Below are positions 46,133 through 55,704 of a DNA stretch of 56,111 bases, one piece after another. The stretch's first letter is position 1, and each line of letters starts with the position of its first letter. The DNA is from a virus (taxonomy: Duplodnaviria; Caudoviricetes), in IMG/VR virus record IMGVR_UViG_3300025771_000033, positions 1 through 56,111 of that record; one strand, given 5' to 3'. The position numbers were made by a program, and so were the translations under genes. The notes beneath the pieces were generated by a model, which saw nothing but the letters and a program-made list of their open reading frames with translations, did not search any database and was not told where the DNA came from.

Positions 46133-46621
46133 CTAGTCCTGAAAGGACGGTTGCCTTCCCTTGGTTGTAACAGAACGACTCGTGTTGGAAATAGGAAAAC
46201 GTGAATCAGAGTTTTTCATCAACTGAGAGTTGACAGCTTCCATCTGATCGTTTGATTTACCTTCATAGAATTTCCTACGAGCATTCACTTTTCCGGCTGG
46301 CATTTTAACCAAGGCTACATCACCTCGACACACAGAGCCTTGATACCTGCCTTCATCCCTCACGAAGGATGTAAGAGACATTTCGGGAACTTCATCTGGA
46401 GTTACAAACACCCATCCTGCTTGCAGCTTTTTGCCAACATTCGTGATGTCATCCTGACCCTGAAGGGAGATTCGTATCCAACGTAGCGCCATGCCCTCAT
46501 TATCAAAACGTGCTTTCACACTTTCTGGAATGTCCAGAGCATTCGGCTCTTCAAAAGTCCACTCTTCTTCTCTAGTATTCTGTTCCCGCATACTCTCAGT
46601 ACGTGATTCATTTCGTGTCAT
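46133..46621 (-). CDS. head-region hypothetical protein
   Basis: RWIR..G.DD..NV...GW.FV; GGAGG RBS. Confidence 0.65.
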   Translation of the reverse strand: MTRNESRTESMREQNTREEEWTFEEPNALDIPESVKARFDNEGMALRWIRISLQGQDDITNVGKKLQAGWVFVTPDEVPEMSLTSFVRDEGRYQGSVCRGDVALVKMPAGKVNARRKFYEGKSNDQMEAVNSQLMKNSDSRFPISNTSRSVTTKGRQPSFQD

Positions 46622-46637
46622 ATTCTTTCCTCCACGC

Positions 46638-47600
46638 CTACATGTTTATGTTAGTATATTCACCATCAGCCGAAGTTACCTTCAGCTTCTCGGCGGCATA
46701 CTGTTCAAGTGGGATGCCCCATTTATTAGCAAGCCTTACGTCTTCTTTGGAAAGCTTTACTTTTTTATTAGAGTTCGGAGACGAGCGTGAAGCCCCCGAA
46801 ACCACTTGAGCAGGTTGTGACGTGCCTGAGTTACTTTGTCTCTCAGTTTCCTGCACACGGTTTGAAGTTTGACCAAAGGCCATTTCAAGGCGCTTGTCAA
46901 TTTCTTCATAAAATTCGTCATCACTGGGATCATATCCTTCTCCCTTCAGTTCAGCATCTATTGCAAGAGCGGCTGCGGTTTTAACTGTATCTTGTCCAAA
47001 CCAATCATTTCGCTGCGCCCATTCATTTGCTTTTGGATCATAAGCCTGAGTCTGCGATACAAGCTCTGGTTCCTTTTCTACTTCTTTTGAAGCTTCTTCC
47101 ATTCGCTTTGCAATATTAGCTTTATAGTTTTGAACGGTTTTAAGATCAGCTTGAGCAGCATTTAGAATTTCCTGCGCTGCCAAAACCTTTTCTTTATCTC
47201 CTTCGTCAAATGCCTGAAGATAAGCTTGACGTGCCAGTTCAATATTTTGAGTTAGCTGCTTCTCACTTGATCCAACGCTACGAGAAGCAATATTATTTAC
47301 TTCTTCTTCTTTTTTATTTAGGTTTTGTTTAAGCTCTTCATTCTGTCGAATAAGCTCATCAATCTTTTCTTCACGTTCTTTGCGCTGTCGAATCAGTTGC
47401 CTAATTCTTTTTTCAGCGCCTTTAGTTTCAATACCTTCTAGTTCTTTCGGCTGTTCAGGCTCAACTTTTTGTTCCGGCTGTTCTTGAACAACCTCTTCTT
47501 TTGCCTGTACTGGTTGTTCTTCTTCTTCAATTTCAAATTCAACTTCTTTACTATCTTCTGAAACCTCAATGGTTTCCCATCCATCATTTTCGTTACTCAT
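46638..47600 (-). CDS. scaffolding protein (putative)
   Basis: Acidic coiled coil; W..RN.WFG; KLS.E...A.K.G..LE.YA. Confidence 0.7.
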   Translation of the reverse strand: MSNENDGWETIEVSEDSKEVEFEIEEEEQPVQAKEEVVQEQPEQKVEPEQPKELEGIETKGAEKRIRQLIRQRKEREEKIDELIRQNEELKQNLNKKEEEVNNIASRSVGSSEKQLTQNIELARQAYLQAFDEGDKEKVLAAQEILNAAQADLKTVQNYKANIAKRMEEASKEVEKEPELVSQTQAYDPKANEWAQRNDWFGQDTVKTAAALAIDAELKGEGYDPSDDEFYEEIDKRLEMAFGQTSNRVQETERQSNSGTSQPAQVVSGASRSSPNSNKKVKLSKEDVRLANKWGIPLEQYAAEKLKVTSADGEYTNINM

Positions 47601-47643
47601 TTTACTCTCCGTTGTTAACGACACAAACGATTACGTTTATATT

Positions 47644-47672
47644 ATTATATCACAAAAGTCTTAATTTCCCAA
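47644..47672 (-). promoter_or_regulatory. promoter upstream of scaffold/capsid genes
   Basis: TTGGGA-N17-TATAAT with extended TG. Confidence 0.65.
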
Positions 47673-47673
47673 A

Positions 47674-48099
47674 TCAGTTAGAACCTTTTCCTAAATTAAA
47701 TGTGGGGTCAAGGTCTTTAGGGTCTTCTACTTTCATAATAATCTGATCATCAAACAAGAGTATTAGACGTACACCCTTGTAAAATAGTTTAGTTCCTGCG
47801 TGTTTGCCATAGCATACATAGTCGCCTACATTACACCAAGCCCCGCCGGGAAACTTCTCTTTATCCATATATGCCAAGTCTCCTAACGCTAGAACCTGTG
47901 CGACAGTCGTGAGATATGCCATATCGTCTTTGGTTGAATCCGGTAGAAAGATACCACCTTTAGTTACACTCTTTACTGAAACGGGTCGCACTAGAACGTG
48001 AAATCCCGGTAGAGTGGGGAGTGGGCTGGGATCGGGTGCGTCGTCCTCAGTTATCCACAAATCATTTTTCATTGCGCCACCTAAACCTACTTGCTGCAT
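47674..48099 (-). CDS. groES: co-chaperonin GroES-like protein
   Basis: VLVRP..TKGGIFLP, VLALG, VGDYV.YGKHAG, L.DDQI. Confidence 0.85.
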   Translation of the reverse strand: MQQVGLGGAMKNDLWITEDDAPDPSPLPTLPGFHVLVRPVSVKSVTKGGIFLPDSTKDDMAYLTTVAQVLALGDLAYMDKEKFPGGAWCNVGDYVCYGKHAGTKLFYKGVRLILLFDDQIIMKVEDPKDLDPTFNLGKGSN

Positions 48100-48101
48100 T
48101 A

Positions 48102-48299
48102 CTACTCGTCGTCCTCCATATAAATACGTTTCTTTACTATATCAGTTAAATTATCTCTGGCCCACTCTAGGCTGGAGATAGAACCAACAATCTGACGATA
48201 GTGAGGATAGTCCTCCGCAGAGCCATTACCCAATGCTATCCTCAGATTGTTAATCTCTTTATTGTACTCGCTTACTACTTCGTCCCAAATGTCAGGCAC
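48102..48299 (-). CDS. hypothetical protein
   Basis: G.AEDY..YRQIVG pattern between portal and GroES. Confidence 0.6.
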   Translation of the reverse strand: MPDIWDEVVSEYNKEINNLRIALGNGSAEDYPHYRQIVGSISSLEWARDNLTDIVKKRIYMEDDE

Positions 48300-48463
48300 T
48301 ACTTCTTTTCACCTTTGTCGGAAGACTTCCAAGAGTAGTCATCCCATTTGTTCAGTGCAGAGCGAATATTACGGCCACCCGTGATGTCCTGTGCATAAGG
48401 GTCGCCAAAGCTTTTGTCGGTATCCTTTACATGTTCAGGATAACCTTTACCTTTCGTCATCAT
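48299..48463 (-). CDS. small hypothetical protein (54 aa, not in ORF track)
   Basis: AAGGAG RBS; MMTKGKGYPEH...GEKK*. Confidence 0.55.
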   Translation of the reverse strand: MMTKGKGYPEHVKDTDKSFGDPYAQDITGGRNIRSALNKWDDYSWKSSDKGEKK

Positions 48464-50963
48464 CGTTTATCTCCTTCATTTGTTCATTAGCAAGCTGCGT
48501 AAGATTTTGTAACGCAGCCATATCCATTTCTTTATCGTCTTCCATTTGTTTCTTTAACATATCAGCGGCAATTTTTGCCTCTTCAATTTCTTTTCGTGTA
48601 GCTAGTTCAGCTTCTTTCATCGCCTCTTTAGATTCACGATTAAGCTGAGATTGAGTTTCTCTTGAGTTAGCTGTTGCAGATGCTTTGAGCATTTCAATAA
48701 TCTGTGCAGTTTCTTTGATCTCAAGCTCTTTGTTTTTAATCTCAAGCTCTGCTGCGTCAGTTGCAGTCTCAGACTGAAGCTTCTGTTTCTCCAGTTCAAC
48801 CTTTGCCTGTTCCAGAGCAACAAGCTGTTGTTCAGGTGACTGCGCCTGACCCATGGCTTTATTGGCGTTCATTACCTGTTGCGCTGCTTGCGCCATAGCC
48901 ATCTCAACTACCGCAGGATTATTAGCCTGATCAGGCGTTTCTTTCATAAGCTCTTCAGAAATACCAACCATTTGTTCTTGGTATTTCATTACAGAGTGTT
49001 CTTGAATGTTTGCCTGAAGTATTGGAGAAATCCGCTGCATGATAGGATTAGCACCGTTCACTGGGTCTTGAAGATAAGCCATCTTTACCTGAATATGTGC
49101 ATCATGATTCTGACCGGGGAATGCTGCAATCGGAATACCTTTCGTTACAGCCATAATATCAGATACTGGATCAAGCGGTTGCGGTTCAATCTTAGGCGGA
49201 AGTATCTTTTCAATGTTAGGCATATTAGCCGCATTGAGAATAGTTCTATTTAGTTCTTCTAGATTAAACATTCCGGGTGGCGACTGCTGCGCCATCTGTA
49301 GCGCCATGTTTGCCATCATCATGCGATGTGCGTTGCTAGGAATGTTTGGATCAGATACTGGAATAATATCTATGCGACCGTCAAAGTCTGATTTGAAAAT
49401 GCTACGGTCTTCATAGGGAACATCATAAGGATATTCGTCTGGAAGATAGTCATAGTCAATACGAGCTAGAATACGGAACTCGTCTTTCTGAGACTTGTGC
49501 ATCCTTTTATGAATTGCTGTGAAGAATTTACTACTTGCTTCAAGCAAAGCCATAGTGGTGCCAACGGGTCCATAGGAGGCAGCGTCAGAGATAACTTGCT
49601 CCGTGCTGTCCGCAAACTTCTGACCAGCAGTAGCTACGAAGTTCAGCATCTGGAATAGAGTAGAGGAAGGCTCTTTGTAGGGAAGGGGAATAATAGCCTT
49701 TGATAAATCTACACCAGTTGCCTCAACCTCCTTGAACTCGCCGGGAGCGATAGGATCATTGTCGCCAACCATCCTGACTCCCTTAGCCTTAAACCCTCCC
49801 GGCAAATTGGCAAACTGTCCAGCATCTATGAGGGAACGCATAGCTGCCGTTGCACTCATTGTTAGATTGCCAAGGAAGTGAATAAGACCTAGGCCGTAAA
49901 AACCAAAGCCGGGAACAAATCTATAATGCACAAAGTGATTTACTTTTTCTTTGTTCGGGTCATCTTGCTTATAGTTTCTACGGATACTTAGAACCTGCCT
50001 AGACTGCTGTTCAACAGTCACGATATAGGGACAGGCTTCGTCTTCATCTTCAATATTAAGATAGCAGTGCTGTTCCAGCAGAACATACTGAGGATCATGA
50101 TCTGACGTGGGAGACAAACCAATAATCGTATCCATCTTTTCGCTAAAGGAAGTGCTGGGATAAGAAGACGGAGTTCCAAGCTCAACATCTCCATATACTC
50201 CAGCCCTCATATCCCGCTGCATTTCTACGGGGCTGCGATAGATAACATGCGTATAACGATCTGCATTGGAAAGATCAGTTGCATAGTATGACACGTAGAA
50301 CTGATCAATAGGAATAAACTCTGACTTAGGACGCTTCACGGTAGCATCATAGTACAGCTTTTTAAATGCAGAACCAATTAACGGCAGATGGAACAGCATT
50401 CTTTCAAACTCATCGAAGTACTCAGGCATCTGTTCAGTAAGCTGATAGTTCATGAAGTTCTGAACACGATTAGCCTGTAGTTCTTTTTCTGGTGTGGACT
50501 TACCCATTAACTGAGCTTTAACTGGTCCGTTGGCAGGGAATAGTTCGCCCGAAGCTTTAGACTGAAACTTAACTGCCGACTCAATCAGCAGAGGGTGTAC
50601 AGCGGTGCAAGCACCCTCAAAGGGTTCTGATCCCTGTTCAAGCTTTAGTCCTAGCAGATCAAAGCCACGCTCAAACATAGACTCCCACTCAGCACGAGAA
50701 TCTTTATCTGCTTCAAAGTTTTCTATTACGTCGTTGGCAATATCATCTAGATCATCTTCGTTCATATCCTCTGCCATATTGCCATACCATTCAGCAATAT
50801 CTTCAGAGGCTTCCATCGCTACATTTTCAGAAAAGTCTACAATAACACCACCGTCGTCGTCAATTTCAAAAGTAGCATCAATGTCCTCAACTTCAGGAGC
50901 AAGAGGAACTACGTTTGTTTCTTCTTCAGGTATACGATCAAAAGGATTACGTTCTGTTGCCAT
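48447..50963 (-). CDS. portal protein (P22-like) with long C-terminal coiled coil
   Basis: HPLLIES..FQ, L.GSAFKK, PGFGFYGLG, DAG..ANLPGG, PVGTT.AL. Confidence 0.9.
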   Translation of the reverse strand: MATERNPFDRIPEEETNVVPLAPEVEDIDATFEIDDDGGVIVDFSENVAMEASEDIAEWYGNMAEDMNEDDLDDIANDVIENFEADKDSRAEWESMFERGFDLLGLKLEQGSEPFEGACTAVHPLLIESAVKFQSKASGELFPANGPVKAQLMGKSTPEKELQANRVQNFMNYQLTEQMPEYFDEFERMLFHLPLIGSAFKKLYYDATVKRPKSEFIPIDQFYVSYYATDLSNADRYTHVIYRSPVEMQRDMRAGVYGDVELGTPSSYPSTSFSEKMDTIIGLSPTSDHDPQYVLLEQHCYLNIEDEDEACPYIVTVEQQSRQVLSIRRNYKQDDPNKEKVNHFVHYRFVPGFGFYGLGLIHFLGNLTMSATAAMRSLIDAGQFANLPGGFKAKGVRMVGDNDPIAPGEFKEVEATGVDLSKAIIPLPYKEPSSTLFQMLNFVATAGQKFADSTEQVISDAASYGPVGTTMALLEASSKFFTAIHKRMHKSQKDEFRILARIDYDYLPDEYPYDVPYEDRSIFKSDFDGRIDIIPVSDPNIPSNAHRMMMANMALQMAQQSPPGMFNLEELNRTILNAANMPNIEKILPPKIEPQPLDPVSDIMAVTKGIPIAAFPGQNHDAHIQVKMAYLQDPVNGANPIMQRISPILQANIQEHSVMKYQEQMVGISEELMKETPDQANNPAVVEMAMAQAAQQVMNANKAMGQAQSPEQQLVALEQAKVELEKQKLQSETATDAAELEIKNKELEIKETAQIIEMLKASATANSRETQSQLNRESKEAMKEAELATRKEIEEAKIAADMLKKQMEDDKEMDMAALQNLTQLANEQMKEINDDDER

Positions 50964-52309
50964 TATACGATTCCTAACATTCTTTTAGCAGCATCTTCAT
51001 CAATGCCATAAATATTTGCAATACGACTTACCCTTGATGGCGGTGTAGTTGCACGTCCTAAGTTAAAAGGAATAGCCGGAGTTTCTTCTACAGCAGCAGC
51101 AACTTCTAGAGGCTGTGGTTGAGGGGTTGGTCTGGGCTGTCTATAACGTCTGCTATAATCAGTAGGGTCTTCATATTCAACATAGCCTACCTGTTCATTT
51201 GTAGGGGGAGAGAAGTCTAAATCAAAAGACTGAATACCAAAAGTATCTTCAAGACTAAACGCTTCTGGTTCACTGGTTATACCAAAAGAAGAGAGGTCCA
51301 TAGTATCTTCTTCAGGACCAACAAGACCAACGGCCATCTCCTCATAAGAGGGAATACCAATATCAGGTGCCTCTGGAAGATCAACGCCTGTTGCTTCTTC
51401 AAACATATCTGCCATGTGACCCATGACACCCTTACCTGTTCCTGACAATGCAATATCGGTTAATGCACCCAGAGGACTCCCAGTAGCTATTGTTTGCGCT
51501 ACAAGGCCAAGACCCTGTGCAAGTCCTCTATCTCTTTCAGCCTCATTAAAAGATGCTTGCGGTCCAACAGGAGCATTCAAATCATAACCCATATTTTGAA
51601 CATCTTGCACTGAAACTTTTGAGTCTACAGGCGATATAGCATTATATTGAGTTAAAGCTTCTACTGTTGTAAGATTAGGATTTTGTAAAGCAAATTCTGT
51701 AAACTGATATTTTGCTGTCGTTGCTAGATCGGGAGAAGCAAAGGTTACATTGTTAGGATCATATGTTTGTCTAGTTTGTGGTTGAGCAAACCGTGCTTCA
51801 TATGGACCTCTATAGCCTAGACCAAAAGTTCTAAGACCTAGCTCCTCTAATTTGTTCATTTCCTCTGGATTATAAATACCATATTTAGCAGTATTTATAC
51901 TTCTTGCATCTAGTAAGTTTTGAGCAAGGCCGGGGTCAACTGCGGCAACATCAGCAAGCATACCAAAATAGTTTGCTGACAACTCGTTCATAACAGAGGG
52001 ATCAACCATACTGGGATCAAGACTAAAGGCTACATCTAGAGTAGGATCAGACAAAGCCATCGCATTTGCTGCGTCTACTTCTGCTTGACTTAGTGCGTTT
52101 GCCTGCGCTTGAGAGGCCGCTTCTGCTGCTGCCATTGACGATACCATATCAGGATTTGAAAGAGAAAAATCGTAGTCGCCACCAGCATCACCATCAGCGT
52201 CGCCATCACCCTCACCAAAACAAAAATGTTTCTGTTCGTAGGGGTTCACACCTAGAAACTCTAAGTTATCATAAATATTGTATCTGGATTTTTTATAGCC
52301 ATGTAACAT
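50963..52309 (-). CDS. acidic low-complexity protein (possibly virion-associated)
   Basis: EQKHFCFGEGDGDADGDAGG N-terminus; hydrophobic GLGLVAQ..PLGAL segment. Confidence 0.6.
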   Translation of the reverse strand: MLHGYKKSRYNIYDNLEFLGVNPYEQKHFCFGEGDGDADGDAGGDYDFSLSNPDMVSSMAAAEAASQAQANALSQAEVDAANAMALSDPTLDVAFSLDPSMVDPSVMNELSANYFGMLADVAAVDPGLAQNLLDARSINTAKYGIYNPEEMNKLEELGLRTFGLGYRGPYEARFAQPQTRQTYDPNNVTFASPDLATTAKYQFTEFALQNPNLTTVEALTQYNAISPVDSKVSVQDVQNMGYDLNAPVGPQASFNEAERDRGLAQGLGLVAQTIATGSPLGALTDIALSGTGKGVMGHMADMFEEATGVDLPEAPDIGIPSYEEMAVGLVGPEEDTMDLSSFGITSEPEAFSLEDTFGIQSFDLDFSPPTNEQVGYVEYEDPTDYSRRYRQPRPTPQPQPLEVAAAVEETPAIPFNLGRATTPPSRVSRIANIYGIDEDAAKRMLGIV

Positions 52310-52691
52310 GATGTAACTCTTTCTTCCCCTTTTTAGTTCTAAAGAATTTTATTTTTCCTTTGACACCTAGATGTCTAGGAACTTTCTTTAGCTCTTTGAT
52401 TCCCTCTGCGGTTCCACCCATGGGACAGACAATATCCATAATCCATGGTACATGTCCACTATTCCAATCACTTGCATGAATGTTTCTTTTTGAAAACTCT
52501 CTTGCGTCTGATGCTTCCTGATTCATAAAAGCCCATGAGGCATAGAATAGTGGAACCTTTTCATTTGAAATAAAAATATATTGTTTAAGTTGTAGCGGCG
52601 GTAAAATTCTATGTACTATATCTTTGACGGTCCAGCTTCTATGTACCTCTGATAAACTTAAAGTATATATTATTTTTTCTAATTCAATCAC
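52293..52691 (-). CDS. HlyC-like (RTX-toxin-activating) acyltransferase
   Basis: SEVHRSW (compare HlyC SPLHRNW), ILPPL..KQY, YASWA, DWNSG..PWIMDIVCPMG. Confidence 0.8.
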   Translation of the reverse strand: MIELEKIIYTLSLSEVHRSWTVKDIVHRILPPLQLKQYIFISNEKVPLFYASWAFMNQEASDAREFSKRNIHASDWNSGHVPWIMDIVCPMGGTAEGIKELKKVPRHLGVKGKIKFFRTKKGKKELHHVTWL

Positions 52692-53305
52692 TACTTAATA
52701 CCTTTTGCGTGTTCTTCTCCTAACTCCTCACCGTTCCAACTATTAGCAATAGACTCTCCAGCCTTACCACTTAACCATTTTTGAACAGAGAAGAAACATG
52801 CTCCATTAGGACCAGACTCTGCGCCATGTACCGTATTTGGCTTTAGTCTTATCTTTCTCATATATGCAGAAGCTTTTCCATTTTTTTCTACATAGTGTCC
52901 TTCTTGTTTACTAAGAACTTCTTTTCCTTTAAACCTAAAATTTGTTCCATAAAGGTAGACAACATAACTATCTACATCAGGATGATTGTGATCGTAAGTT
53001 ACTGTATCAGGTTGCATATAAACAAGTTCTACCTGATACGGTCCATGTCTAAATAAAGTACAAGCAGTATGGCCTTCAATAAATAAAAGTGGATTATCAA
53101 AAGGAACTTGAAACTTATTTGGACACTCCTCAAAGTACCATCGCATAAACCCAGTTAGATCGTCATAAAACTCATAACCCAGATCATCTTTGATATAGGC
53201 CGATGGAAAAAGTTTTACTTCCGGCTTTTTATTTTTTTGAAGAGCAGAGATAAGAGCATTTAACTTATTATCTAGCTCGTTTACTTTTTTTTCTAAATTA
53301 ACCAT
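52691..53305 (-). CDS. cupin-fold protein
   Basis: DHNHPDVDSY..YL.G ... PNTVHG...GACFFSVQKW. Confidence 0.6.
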   Translation of the reverse strand: MVNLEKKVNELDNKLNALISALQKNKKPEVKLFPSAYIKDDLGYEFYDDLTGFMRWYFEECPNKFQVPFDNPLLFIEGHTACTLFRHGPYQVELVYMQPDTVTYDHNHPDVDSYVVYLYGTNFRFKGKEVLSKQEGHYVEKNGKASAYMRKIRLKPNTVHGAESGPNGACFFSVQKWLSGKAGESIANSWNGEELGEEHAKGIK

Positions 53306-53311
53306 GTTATT

Positions 53312-53340
53312 ATTATAGCATACTTTTTCCGTTTTCCCAA
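53312..53340 (-). promoter_or_regulatory. promoter, probably leaderless, for the cupin/acyltransferase unit
   Basis: TTGGGA-N17-TATAAT-N6-ATG. Confidence 0.65.
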
Positions 53341-53341
53341 A

Positions 53342-54880
53342 TCATACATTCCAGTATGTCGCAGTTTTCTGTCTAGGCTCGTCATCATACTCAGGATCAT
53401 CAGGGTGCGTCAGGTGCCATGAGTCCTTCAGATAGTGGATTGCCATCGTTAAGGCATCCACTTGGTCATCATGTGCTGCATTAGGAAAGCGTATCAGTTC
53501 TTCTATTAGATCGTCTGCCCACTTCTTGCCCTTGGGAATCCAGAGACGACCAGCCTCCATTATAGGAGTAGCCGCATAAACTCTGGAGGTCTTGTCTCTA
53601 TCTGGCAGATACTCCATTACAGGTAGGCCACCTCTACGCATATCCTGTATTAGAGATTGGCCCGAAGCTTTCTTTTCCACCATGCAGACATCAGGTCTAT
53701 GTTGGTTATACAGCTTCTGCGCCAGCCGCCTCAGTTCTGGATATTCAAAGCGGCCCTTGATGTTACCCAGTAGTATCAGGTGAGGAGCAAAGTCTTCATA
53801 GCCTTGCTCATCCTGATTGTACATGTAGAAGATACCCCATGTCTGTATTACGCTGTAGTCAGCAGTACTTGCTGTGGAGAATGCAGTATCAAATGTTTGT
53901 ATGACAAAATCACATGTGGGTGGATCACCATACTCCCAATCCTTGATCCAGCGTTTCTTTATGATGCCGCCTTCTTCCGGTGTGGGGTCTTGCATGTACA
54001 AGGCATTCCAGTACCTGCTACCGTTGCTGGCCTTGATCTCGTTCTCGTCTACCTTCAGCACATGGTCTGGTTTCCACTCAGGAAAGTAGCTGGTGCCTAC
54101 AGGTAGATCAAGAAGTTCTGCTGCATCTTCGTCAACCCATGCAGGTATCTTCACTACCTCCCAAGGTATCGTCTCATAGTCAGGCATGTTCTCCTGTTGC
54201 TTAAGAAGCCAGCCGCAGAGATCGTCATAGTGATATCGGGTGTTGATTATTACAATGGCCCCGTCAGGCATGATACGTGTGCGTAGACCTGCGGGATACC
54301 ATTCCTTGATGAAGCGTCTACCTGCGCTGGAGATTGCATCCTCTTCCGACATTGCATCGTCTAGGATTGCTACATGTGCGCCTCGACCAGCAATCTGAGA
54401 GCGGACACCAGCAGCATAGTAGGTTCCATTCTGGTTTGTCTTCCACTTACCTGCTGCCCTGACATCGCTACGTAGGGCCACTCCTCTGAATACCTTTGAG
54501 AACTCTTCGGTGTTAACAATATCTCTGACTGATCTACCAAAGTCACTGGCAAGCTGATCACTATGAGATATTGTCAGTAGTTCGTGTTCAGGGTTTCTAC
54601 CTATGTACCATGCAGGAAACAACTTAGAACAGACAACAGACTTAGAAGAACGTGGTGGTAGAAAGACCATCAGTCTTTTTATCTCACCATTTTCTACTTG
54701 TTGTAGTTTCTCTGATATAACTTCAATGTGCCGCCCCATTCTAAAGTCAGACACAATTGAAGGTGCCATCAATCTAACAAAAGACAAGAAGTCAGTGTTA
54801 CATTGATCATTAACTTGTTGAGACAACAAACCTTGAAGGTTTATATACGAATCTATGTAGTTACTATTTAAATTCTCCAT
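53342..54880 (-). CDS. terminase large subunit
   Basis: PPRSSKS, AILDD, TRYH.DDL.G, DTAF, VEKKASG, HDDQVDA; start reassigned to MENLNS. Confidence 0.95.
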   Translation of the reverse strand: MENLNSNYIDSYINLQGLLSQQVNDQCNTDFLSFVRLMAPSIVSDFRMGRHIEVISEKLQQVENGEIKRLMVFLPPRSSKSVVCSKLFPAWYIGRNPEHELLTISHSDQLASDFGRSVRDIVNTEEFSKVFRGVALRSDVRAAGKWKTNQNGTYYAAGVRSQIAGRGAHVAILDDAMSEEDAISSAGRRFIKEWYPAGLRTRIMPDGAIVIINTRYHYDDLCGWLLKQQENMPDYETIPWEVVKIPAWVDEDAAELLDLPVGTSYFPEWKPDHVLKVDENEIKASNGSRYWNALYMQDPTPEEGGIIKKRWIKDWEYGDPPTCDFVIQTFDTAFSTASTADYSVIQTWGIFYMYNQDEQGYEDFAPHLILLGNIKGRFEYPELRRLAQKLYNQHRPDVCMVEKKASGQSLIQDMRRGGLPVMEYLPDRDKTSRVYAATPIMEAGRLWIPKGKKWADDLIEELIRFPNAAHDDQVDALTMAIHYLKDSWHLTHPDDPEYDDEPRQKTATYWNV

Positions 54881-54886
54881 AGTAAT

Positions 54887-54915
54887 ATTATACACTATAC
54901 TGTAAAGTTCTACAA
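54887..54915 (-). promoter_or_regulatory. promoter, probably leaderless, for terL
   Basis: TTGTAG-N17-TATAAT-N6-ATG. Confidence 0.55.
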
Positions 54916-55139
54916 TAGAGATATTAAAAAAATAATAATAAAATACTATTAAGTAGTTAATTAGTACCGCCTTGTGGTATTTATGCAACAGTTATAGATA
55001 TCTTTTTTATATTGATGACAAGTCCGTAGTTTTTTGTAAATATCTGGGGGTGTTGTTTATATATATACATGCGTGTATGCATTTGCGCCCACCCCCACGC
55101 ATTATGCAACCCTCCCGACCAAGTTCTGAACAAGGAAAC

Positions 55140-55192
55140 CTAATTAATCCCTTCATAGTAGTAACGAAGTGTTACTATGAAGGGTTAATTAG
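55140..55192 (+). repeat. Conserved bulged hairpin, copy C
   Basis: CTAATTAATCCCTTCATA-GTA-GTAAC-GAAGT-GTTAC-TATGAAGGGTTAATTAG. Confidence 0.85.
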
Positions 55193-55397
55193 TTATTATA
55201 TTACAAACCCTCCCTGCCAAATTCATCCAGAGGATGCTTTGTAGTCAGCTTTCTACTACTTCGTAGTAATTCCAGAAACCTAGTTAAGCCCTTGACAAAG
55301 CGTAGCTTTTCCATGCTATGCAGTCTTTGCAAGACTGTCATGCAGGTGATGATATGCCAGAGGGCTTGACGAGGCTTGACAACCCCAAATGATGAGG

Positions 55398-55449
55398 TTA
55401 ATTAATCCCTATAGAACGAACTCTATGAGTTCTATAGGGTATTAATTAA
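55398..55449 (+). repeat. Conserved bulged hairpin, copy D
   Basis: TTAATTAATCCCTATA-GAAC-GAACTC-TAT-GAGTTC-TATAGGGTATTAATTAA. Confidence 0.85.
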
Positions 55450-55465
55450 ACCAAGGAGATTGACC

Positions 55466-55642
55466 ATGACAAACATCACCGTTCTTCAATCAGAGATTGA
55501 CGAGTTTCTTGATAGCAGCTTTCAGGTTCACACATCTGTGAACGGCGGAGCCGTCGATCTGCATGATGCGAATGGCGTATGGATCGCCACGTTGGACACA
55601 GACGAAGCAACGCTGGAAAACATCTTCCAGTTTCAGCGTTAA
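55466..55642 (+). CDS. small early hypothetical protein
   Basis: AAGGAG RBS before ATG 55466. Confidence 0.65.
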   Translation: MTNITVLQSEIDEFLDSSFQVHTSVNGGAVDLHDANGVWIATLDTDEATLENIFQFQR

Positions 55643-55652
55643 ATCGGCATAC

Positions 55653-55704
55653 CTAATTAGCCCTTTATAGTAGAGTATCTACGATACTATAAAGGGTTAA
55701 TTAG
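55653..55704 (+). repeat. Conserved bulged hairpin, copy E
   Basis: CTAATTAGCCCTTTATA-GTAGA-GTATC-TAC-GATAC-TATAAAGGGTTAATTAG. Confidence 0.9.

Noticed and set aside
54881-54988. N-terminal 36 aa of the track's TerL ORF
   Set aside because: AT-rich, non-protein-like, and contains a promoter pointing at ATG 54880.
55140-55704. Hairpins as a CRISPR array or intrinsic terminators
   Set aside because: Copies differ in sequence, are irregularly spaced and dispersed; they are AT-rich with no U tract.
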